DNA of 64,000 nucleotides from Bacteroidales bacterium (GTDB taxonomy: Bacteria > Bacteroidota > Bacteroidia > Bacteroidales > JACABE01), in NCBI GenBank assembly GCA_038204725.1, contig JBBRCQ010000003.1, positions 11,287-75,286 on the forward strand, read 5' to 3'. The notes below the pieces were generated by a model. The model had not been told where the DNA came from and did not search any database. It was given only the letters and a program-made list of their open reading frames with translations. Both the position numbers and the translations under genes were made by a program. Within the stretch, counting starts at the first letter, position 1; the number at the start of each line of letters is the position of its first letter. This document shows positions 56,829-64,000 of the stretch, piece after piece.

Positions 56829-59294
56829 ATGAAGATTTCATACAACTGGCTCAAAACATACTTAAATATAGATCTTACTGCCGAAAAAGCGGGTCAATTG
56901 CTTACCGATTGCGGACTGGAGGTAGAAGGCATCGAAAAAACTGAATCCATCAAAGGTGGTTTACAGGGTATTGTAATTGGTGAGGTTAAATCCTGTATCA
57001 AACACCCTGATGCCGATAAATTAAGCATCACTATAGTTGATGTAGGTGGCGAAGAGCTGCTTCACATTGTTTGCGGTGCACCCAATGTGGCTGCCGGACA
57101 AAAAGTGGCAGTAGCAACCATTGGTGCTGTACTTTACGATGGTGACACATCGTTTACAATTAAGAAATCAAAAATACGTGGCGAGGTTTCCGAAGGCATG
57201 ATTTGTGCCGAAGATGAAATGGGTCTGGGAAACTCCCATGACGGCATTATGGTGCTCGACGCTTCAGCTGAAGTTGGCACTGCTGCCAGCACTTATTTCA
57301 GGATTGAAGATGATTATGTGATGGAAATCGGTTTAACGCCCAACCGTTCGGATGCCATTTCGCATATTGGTGTAGCCCGCGATCTGGCTGCTGTAATGAA
57401 TAACATTGCTGACAATACCAGCAAAGTGGAATTAAAAATCCCGGATGTAGAAGCATTTAAAATTGACAACCATGAACTGCCCATAGAAGTTATTGTTGAA
57501 GATACTGCTGCTTGCCCGCGATATACAGGCATTACTATTTCGGGTATCGACGTTAAGGAATCACCCGATTGGCTTAAGAATAAACTAAAAGCCATAGGTA
57601 TACGGTCCATCAATAATATTGTGGATATCAGCAATTTCGTTTTATTTGAAACCGGTCAACCTTTGCATGCTTTTGATGCCGATAAAATTGAAGGCAATAA
57701 AGTTATCGTAAAAAAATTAGCCAAAGGAACTTCTTTTCTAACCCTCGATGGGACTGACCGTAAGCTTTCAGGTGAAGATCTGATGATCTGCAATACAAAG
57801 GAAGGCATGTGCATTGCAGGTGTATTCGGTGGAGCAAAGTCAGGTGTTACTGTGGACACAAAAAATATATTTCTCGAAAGTGCTTATTTTGATCCTACCA
57901 CTATTCGTAAAACATCCAAGTTTCATGGGCTTAAAACCGATGCCTCTTTCCGTTACGAACGCGGTTGCGATCCAAACATAACGGTTTATGCACTCAAACG
58001 CGCTATACTATTGATAAAGGAATTAGCCGGTGGTAAAGTTTCTTCTGAAATCATGGATGTATATTCTGCACCCATTCAACGTAAATCCATTGATATTTCG
58101 TATCAAAACACTTCACGTTTGATAGGAAAAGTGATTGATAAGAATATCATTAAGAATATATTGACTTCATTGGAAATAGAAATTACAAACGAAACAGAAG
58201 AAGGATTAAGTTTGTTAATTCCTACCAACAAAGTAGATGTATGCCGCGAATCAGATGTGATTGAGGAAATATTACGCATCTACGGATACAATAACATCCA
58301 AATCGGAAGTGATCTGCATTCCAGCATTTCATATATTTCAAAACCGGATAAGGAAAGAGTCCAAAATACCATTTCAGAATACCTCAGCAATAATGGATTT
58401 GTGGAAATCATGAACAATTCGCTCACCAGTTCCGCTTATGTGAACAAAATTGAAGGTTTCAATCCTGCCCTCAACGTTAAGATATTGAATCCATTGAGCA
58501 AAGAGTTGGATGTAATGCGTCAGTCACTTTTGTTCGGAGGATTGGAAAGTATCAGCTACAACATCAACCGCAAATCAACCGATCTAAAATTGTATGAATT
58601 CGGGAATACCTATTTTTACAATCCCGAATTGAGTAACGAAGCCAATGTTACCAAACGATTTAAAGAAGAAAAGCATTTGGCTGTTTTTGTAAGTGGTAAA
58701 AAATATGCCGAAAACTGGAACATTGCCGCTACCAATAACGACTTTTTTAATCTGAAAGCTTTTGTAACGAATATCATACACCGTTTGCGGATCAATATTG
58801 ACAAATTGAATGTGAACACTATTTCGAATGCCTTATTTGAAGAAGCCCTGGAATATACTTCCAATGGGAAAGTGGTTTTTACTTACGGGAGTTTACATCC
58901 TGCAATGCTTGCTATATTTGATATCAAACAGGCCGTTTATTATGCCGATTTTCAATGGGATACCATCGTTAAAATGATTCCAAATACAGAAGTTGTATAT
59001 TCCGAAGTTTCTAAGTTTCCCGAAGTACGTCGCGATTTAGCTTTGCTCATCAACAAAGAAGTAAGTTTTGCCGAAATCGTGAAACTGGCTTATCAAACAG
59101 AAAAAAATCTGTTGAAAAAAGTCAATCTTTTCGATGTTTACGAAGGTGATCAATTAGAAGCTGGCAAAAAATCCTATGCTGTTAGTTTCATCCTGCAAGA
59201 TCAGGAAAAAACACTCAACGACAAACAGATTGATGGAATCATGAGTCGCTTCATCAAGGTATATATTGAAAAACTGGGCGCAGTAATCAGATAA
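56829..59294 (+). CDS. pheT: Phenylalanine--tRNA ligase beta subunit
   Basis: ATG at 56829 gives 'MKISYNWLKTYL'. The tRNA-binding, B3/4, B5 and FDX-ACB domain order is preserved. Confidence 0.95.
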   Translation: MKISYNWLKTYLNIDLTAEKAGQLLTDCGLEVEGIEKTESIKGGLQGIVIGEVKSCIKHPDADKLSITIVDVGGEELLHIVCGAPNVAAGQKVAVATIGAVLYDGDTSFTIKKSKIRGEVSEGMICAEDEMGLGNSHDGIMVLDASAEVGTAASTYFRIEDDYVMEIGLTPNRSDAISHIGVARDLAAVMNNIADNTSKVELKIPDVEAFKIDNHELPIEVIVEDTAACPRYTGITISGIDVKESPDWLKNKLKAIGIRSINNIVDISNFVLFETGQPLHAFDADKIEGNKVIVKKLAKGTSFLTLDGTDRKLSGEDLMICNTKEGMCIAGVFGGAKSGVTVDTKNIFLESAYFDPTTIRKTSKFHGLKTDASFRYERGCDPNITVYALKRAILLIKELAGGKVSSEIMDVYSAPIQRKSIDISYQNTSRLIGKVIDKNIIKNILTSLEIEITNETEEGLSLLIPTNKVDVCRESDVIEEILRIYGYNNIQIGSDLHSSISYISKPDKERVQNTISEYLSNNGFVEIMNNSLTSSAYVNKIEGFNPALNVKILNPLSKELDVMRQSLLFGGLESISYNINRKSTDLKLYEFGNTYFYNPELSNEANVTKRFKEEKHLAVFVSGKKYAENWNIAATNNDFFNLKAFVTNIIHRLRINIDKLNVNTISNALFEEALEYTSNGKVVFTYGSLHPAMLAIFDIKQAVYYADFQWDTIVKMIPNTEVVYSEVSKFPEVRRDLALLINKEVSFAEIVKLAYQTEKNLLKKVNLFDVYEGDQLEAGKKSYAVSFILQDQEKTLNDKQIDGIMSRFIKVYIEKLGAVIR

Positions 59295-59453
59295 GTTGCA
59301 AATGCTATAAAATATACAGTAAACGGTGGGTCAATTATAATTTCAGCAAAAAGCAAAGATGACAAAATAATTGTTCAGGTGAAGATTCTTCTTTTTATTT
59401 TACCTTACACATTGAAAAACCATTATATAAAACAGGCAGTTCAGACGAAATGA
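59295..59453 (+). pseudogene. Relic of a histidine-kinase ATPase domain (N-box fragment)
   Basis: It translates to 'VANAIKYTVNGGSIIISAKSKDDKIIVQVKILLFILP...*'. There is no start codon or upstream HisKA domain, and the G-boxes are missing. Confidence 0.4.
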
Positions 59454-59653
59454 TGTTTGACCAAAGTGAACATCCTAATGCTAGTTAACGTATTTTAAAT
59501 GAGAAAATGATCCAACACCGAATAGAGAGACTGCTGGTAAATTCCAACCTAAGAGCTGAACGCAACGATATTGAATTTTAATGGGTTAATTATTTTTTCA
59601 AATTGGATTTATAAACAAAAAATAACTAGATTTGTATTTTATTCATAATCTCT

Positions 59654-60229
59654 ATGGAAGTCAGCAAGACGTTGTATGTGAAATATATGGTTTGCAAGTG
59701 TTGTATCCGCATCCTCAGGAATGAGTTGGAACGGCATGGCATACATATCCATCGTATTGTGCTGGGCGAAATAGATATAAAATACGATACCACAAAAATT
59801 ACCGATTCGGAAATTGAAAAAATCATTAACGACAATGGCTTTGAGATGGTTACCAATAAAGACAGGATATTGGTTGAACAAATAAAAACGGCTGTAATTG
59901 AACTGGTACACATTGCCAATAATATGAATTCCATCATCCGAAATTCCGATTACCTGGTTGAGAAACTTGGCTATTCCTACCAGCATTTATCGGCCGTCTT
60001 TTCCAAATACGAACCCAATACCCTTGAAAAGTTTGTCATTCTCCACAAAATAGAAAAGGTGAAGGAAATGATAGAATACGGCGACCTCACACTCAGCGAA
60101 ATTGCATTTACCATGGGCTACAGCAGTGTGCAATACCTTTCCACCCAGTTTAAAAACATCACCGGAATTTCGGTAACGGATTATAAAAAGACACCGAATG
60201 TGGAAAGAAAATCTATTGTAGAGATATAA
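59654..60229 (+). CDS. AraC-family transcriptional regulator with an HMA-like N-terminal domain
   Basis: 191 aa. The N-terminal 'YMVCKCC' matches MxCxxC. The C-terminal HTH_AraC reads 'LSEIAFTMGYSSVQYLSTQFKNITG'. Confidence 0.8.
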   Translation: MEVSKTLYVKYMVCKCCIRILRNELERHGIHIHRIVLGEIDIKYDTTKITDSEIEKIINDNGFEMVTNKDRILVEQIKTAVIELVHIANNMNSIIRNSDYLVEKLGYSYQHLSAVFSKYEPNTLEKFVILHKIEKVKEMIEYGDLTLSEIAFTMGYSSVQYLSTQFKNITGISVTDYKKTPNVERKSIVEI

Positions 60230-60546
60230 TGGATGCTTATTCCGACTTTTTCCTTTTATTTCTTACTTCTTAATAGTTATTATCGCAATTTTTTTTGATC
60301 TGCGAACAACGATTAACGATTTTAGAGTTTAGAAGTTCAGCCGGAGTGTAAGATTGCATTCCTTGTGTCATTTATTTAATATTTCAATTTTCAAAAATTA
60401 CAAAATACTATATTGCATCGGCAAAATCTTCAAAGCCAAAACCATTGGTTACTTGGTTAATGATTATTGATTGAGCATACTGAAATCTGGCTTTCTATTA
60501 ACAATTTCCCATTTCCTAAAAACACAAAAAGTCTGCCCTACCACCT

Positions 60547-60569
60547 CCCCCTTTCTTTCGGAAAGGGGG
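60547..60569 (-). terminator. GC-rich hairpin just after the stop of the T9SS cargo gene
   Basis: ccccctttc-tttcg-gaaaggggg followed by ctgggggg. It is homologous to 62770-62792. Confidence 0.5.
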
Positions 60570-60583
60570 CTGGGGGGATAGGC

Positions 60584-62578
60584 TTATTTAACAATTTTCC
60601 TCACTGCTTTTCTTCCATCATTTAGCTTCATTTCTACAAAATAAATCCCGGCTTCGTAAGGGCTCATATCTATGGTAGTGGTGTAGTTTTCCGATTGACT
60701 ATTGTAGAGCAGCTTACCGGTAATATTGTAAATACTTAGCTGCATGCTGCATTGGTAGGGGTTTTCTATCGTTAAGCTATTGGATACCGGATTGGGATAA
60801 GCCGTAATGTATTTGAGTTCTTGTTCTGTAATGCCAACGCCTGTTATTTGTAATGTTCCATCTTTGACGCCACAATCATTATAAGAACGCAGTATCACAC
60901 TGTAATTGCCACCTACGCTGTAAGTATGACTGATATTTGAATTCTGAGTGATGTATTTTGTTTTGCTGCCATCTCCCCAAAACCAGTACAAGCTATCTAC
61001 AACACCCACGGCATTGCCTTTTACAGTAAGGATATTGTTGCTAATACCCACCAATTGCGGAAAAGTAGTTGCCAGCGTACAACCACAATTGTTATGGGTT
61101 GAAATTTTGGCAATAAAAAAATCGGAACTGCCGCCATGGGATTGAATGCCACTGCCAAAACTATTGTAAATGCTATCGCTTAGCCTTCCCCCTGCATAGA
61201 TATTGCCTGCATTGTCCACCGTAAGCGCTTCTACCCTGGTATCGTCTGCTGATACTTTGGTGGCTATGCCCCACTCAAATTGGGTAAGATTGGTATCAAT
61301 GGCTACAACAAAAGGATAGGCTTTGCTGTATTCTCCGCCATAAGGCTTTATGGTATCTGTTTGATTATGGTTTAACCATACCATGCCCAAAGCAGAGTTC
61401 GCTAAATAAACTTTATCCGCAACAGTAATTATTGATTCTCTGGCATAAGTATTAAGATATAAATAATTTAAATTAATATAATTTCCATTAGTTTTATCAA
61501 AAGATACTACAAATGGTATTTCGTTGGAAGAAAAATTCATATAAGGATTGTTAACATTCGTCCCATATACGTCCACATTATTATATGTATAACCTGTCAT
61601 ATAAACTTTATTATTTTTGATAATGGGTTTGCTTCGTAATTTTTTATCAGAAGAAGTCATTGCGTTACCTCCAAGTTCTTTGTACCATAACAAACTCCCA
61701 TTAGATGAATACTTTATTAAAACAGAATTGTAAATTCCATTTGGGAAAGTCAAAGCAGTAGCAATATGATTTCCAATAAATACAGTATCTCCCACCTGAG
61801 CATTCAAATAAAAATGATTCTGTTCATCAATACTCATATACAAAACTTCTGGTGAAAAATTATCTGTAGTATTAAAATCCAATTTGGTCACACCCATTGT
61901 ACATCCGTTGTTTTTGTCAACTTTAATAATATAATAGCCTTTTACAGGGATTAGATAGCTCCCCCAGTTGCCTGATACATTAAATTTTATTAAAACGCAT
62001 TGGTTCCCCTGATTGTCAGATTCCATTTGTAATATCCTGTTTCCAAGTGATGCTGTTGGTGGGCCCAGTAAACTGAGCCACGCAGTATGTCCGTTACTGT
62101 CTAATTTTGACACAAAAGTACTTCTGTTCACAGTTGGATTGGCTAAAACAGTGGTATCTCCATAATGTCCATCTTTTGTTGAACTATTCAATACATGTCC
62201 AGTAACAAAAGTATTTCCTTCCTGATCAATCGTCAGCCCTCCTGTATAATCCATACCGGCTGATCCAAAATACCTTACCCATCGCAAACTACCATCACAA
62301 CGGTAACTGAACACTGCAAAATCATCATAGCCCCAGCCTGTTGATTTAAAGGAGGTATCTATCAGTGTATTCGGACTAAAAATACTGCTCATCCCGTATA
62401 TATTGCCATGCGCATCGGTACCTATCCATTTGCAGCTTTCCATTGCCGCACCACTCCCATCATTCCATCCGCCTCCCTGGCTGCCACCGCCTTTTATCCA
62501 TTGGAATTGTGGTGTTTGGGCTTGGAGAAGGAAGGTAGTTAATATGAAGAATGCAATTAAAAGTATTTGTTTTTTCAT
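60584..62578 (-). CDS. T9SS cargo protein (SBBP beta-propeller repeats, PKD, Por_Secre_tail)
   Basis: The start is moved to 'MKKQILLIAFF...AQT'. It has repeated 'D..GN.Y..G' units, the PKD motif 'WFWGDGS...HTY...G.Y.V', and the CTD 'AYPNPVSNSLTI...GIYFVEM...RKIVK'. Confidence 0.8.
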   Translation of the reverse strand: MKKQILLIAFFILTTFLLQAQTPQFQWIKGGGSQGGGWNDGSGAAMESCKWIGTDAHGNIYGMSSIFSPNTLIDTSFKSTGWGYDDFAVFSYRCDGSLRWVRYFGSAGMDYTGGLTIDQEGNTFVTGHVLNSSTKDGHYGDTTVLANPTVNRSTFVSKLDSNGHTAWLSLLGPPTASLGNRILQMESDNQGNQCVLIKFNVSGNWGSYLIPVKGYYIIKVDKNNGCTMGVTKLDFNTTDNFSPEVLYMSIDEQNHFYLNAQVGDTVFIGNHIATALTFPNGIYNSVLIKYSSNGSLLWYKELGGNAMTSSDKKLRSKPIIKNNKVYMTGYTYNNVDVYGTNVNNPYMNFSSNEIPFVVSFDKTNGNYINLNYLYLNTYARESIITVADKVYLANSALGMVWLNHNQTDTIKPYGGEYSKAYPFVVAIDTNLTQFEWGIATKVSADDTRVEALTVDNAGNIYAGGRLSDSIYNSFGSGIQSHGGSSDFFIAKISTHNNCGCTLATTFPQLVGISNNILTVKGNAVGVVDSLYWFWGDGSKTKYITQNSNISHTYSVGGNYSVILRSYNDCGVKDGTLQITGVGITEQELKYITAYPNPVSNSLTIENPYQCSMQLSIYNITGKLLYNSQSENYTTTIDMSPYEAGIYFVEMKLNDGRKAVRKIVK

Positions 62579-62769
62579 GATAAATGAGTTTGTAAAGTTT
62601 ATAATGTTTGTAAAGTTCATAAAGTGGTTTGAGTACTTATAGTTATTGGCTAATTGTTAATTGTAATTGTTACTATTTTCTATTTTCTATTTCCCATTAA
62701 CTATTTCTTAATAACTATTATCCAATAACCAATAGACATTTTTTTTATTCAAAAAGTTGCCCGCCATTA

Positions 62770-62792
62770 CCCCCTTTCCAAAGGAAAGAGGG
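62770..62792 (-). terminator. GC-rich hairpin after the stop of the partial T9SS cargo gene
   Basis: cccccttTcc-aaa-ggaaagaggg followed by ctgggg. Confidence 0.45.
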
Positions 62793-62814
62793 CTGGGGAC
62801 AGTTTTTTAGATGA

Positions 62815-64000
62815 TTAGTGATTGATAATGATTCGTTTTATAAGCAAATGCTGATTATTTTCGCGTATTTCAACAAAATAAATGCCTTGGGCAAAGTTAG
62901 TTACATTTAAGTTGTAAGTACCCATTGCACCCGCAATTTTAATTTCTGTTACGGGTTTGCCAATGGCATCATAGATCTGTATACTTCTGCTTTTTGTCGT
63001 ATTTTCACCGGCAAAACGATAGCTGATGTTGATCTCTGTATTGGCAGGATTGGGTAAAATATTTAATTCAGAAACATACTCAGACTCCAGATTCGCAGGT
63101 GTTACAGGTGTAAATTCCGTGCTTTTATATTTGCATTCGGGTATTGTGGTTTCAATAAAACCGATACATTTTTCGGTACTGTTACAAAAAACTTCAACCT
63201 TTATAATAATTGGCGTGTTGGAAGTAGCTAAAGCTGCAATAACCGGAAATGCTGCCGTTATATGATTGTATCCCTGTATCAGATTTACAGGACTCTGAGA
63301 GGTAATACTTACAATAGATTGCATCGTAACAGGGTCTATTATATACAAATTGTAAAAAGCACTGTTGCACATTGAGTTGTTATTAATATCCAGTTCCAAC
63401 TGATAACCAACCCCGATTTTACAGTTTATTTTAACGCTCATCATTTCGACTTTGCAGCATTCTTTATTAATATCAATATTCATAATGCCACTCTCCTGTG
63501 CGCACAAACCGTTGTCGAGCAACCAGGTGTATTCGCCCGAGCCCATTCCATTGGAAGGCTGATCGATCAGCAAACGATCTGTAATTGTATAATTACCGGC
63601 ACCCTGGTAAGGTACATTTCCATTACCCAGATTGGTATAGGGTCCATTTTCGGTAACAATGTTGCCACTCCCATTGAAATACCATTCCCATCTATCAAAA
63701 ACCTTTGACATAGGACCGTCTACCCATTTAGGGAGTTCTTCCTGACAAAAAGTATAACAACCTGTAGGGAATCGCCAAAAATAGGTTTCGGGAGCCAGAG
63801 CTACGTCAATATCTTCATTGCTCTGGCAGCCATACTGATCGGTAAGCCACACACGATAAGCACCACCGTGGAAAATATCAACCGTTTGACCATACTGACC
63901 GTCACTCCAATTGTAAGTTCCCGGAGAAACAGAGGAAGAGGCATGTAATTGCAACTGATACAAATTACAATCCACAGGACTTACACTTATTGTGGGCTTT
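62815..64000 (-). CDS. T9SS cargo protein, Cys-rich (N-terminus outside the window)
   Basis: The frame stays open to the window edge. The CTD reads 'LNILPNPANTEINISY...GIYFVEIRE...RIIINH'. Confidence 0.75.
   Translation of the reverse strand, partial: KPTISVSPVDCNLYQLQLHASSSVSPGTYNWSDGQYGQTVDIFHGGAYRVWLTDQYGCQSNEDIDVALAPETYFWRFPTGCYTFCQEELPKWVDGPMSKVFDRWEWYFNGSGNIVTENGPYTNLGNGNVPYQGAGNYTITDRLLIDQPSNGMGSGEYTWLLDNGLCAQESGIMNIDINKECCKVEMMSVKINCKIGVGYQLELDINNNSMCNSAFYNLYIIDPVTMQSIVSITSQSPVNLIQGYNHITAAFPVIAALATSNTPIIIKVEVFCNSTEKCIGFIETTIPECKYKSTEFTPVTPANLESEYVSELNILPNPANTEINISYRFAGENTTKSRSIQIYDAIGKPVTEIKIAGAMGTYNLNVTNFAQGIYFVEIRENNQHLLIKRIIINH

Noticed and set aside
3403-62700. Tandem repeat arrays considered as possible CRISPR arrays
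   Set aside because: The units are 7-9 nt and directly abutting, with no unique spacers. No cas genes occur in the window.

Overview
This is a 64-kb AT-rich chromosomal segment that looks like Bacteroidota. The evidence is three type IX secretion (T9SS) C-terminal sorting domains, G-poor leaders without Shine-Dalgarno sequences, DUF4249- and DUF4270-like lipoproteins, and a short glycogen-synthase-like gene next to glmS. I support about 50 protein genes, mostly housekeeping: htpG, ilvE, a pgk-like gene, a ClC channel, tag, thiF/thiS, tonB, hemW, sdaA, an 8-gene acyl-CoA/Etf cluster, glmS, sodB, a C-terminal processing peptidase (ctp-type), prs, rplY, a metA-like gene and pheT. There is also one tmRNA and one tRNA-Leu(CAA). 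I found no transposase, integrase, phage, CRISPR-Cas, toxin-antitoxin or recognisable defence genes, so I cannot point to a protein-encoded novel system with confidence. The most unusual signal is non-coding. Many intergenic spacers are built from tandem 7-9 nt words (CTTCSGA, CAGTGAA, ATTAACY, GATGRRGC, CACAAAGR, ACTTRGAGG). These words occur in a recurring order: purine-rich after a stop codon, pyrimidine-rich heptamers in the middle, and a G-free TTAAC block running into the next ATG. Sometimes they form long inverted pairs. The tag gene is bracketed by two homologous copies of such a composite element. Secondary oddities:
- an orphan thiF-thiS pair without a TPP riboswitch
- a long divergent PGK
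- an N-terminally short MetA homolog behind a repeat-rich leader
- an arginase-fold protein with non-canonical metal motifs
- a histidine-kinase relic
- signal-peptide-bearing nitroreductase and YiiX proteins

All functional calls rest on motif recognition by eye in the supplied translations. No searches or folding computations were run.
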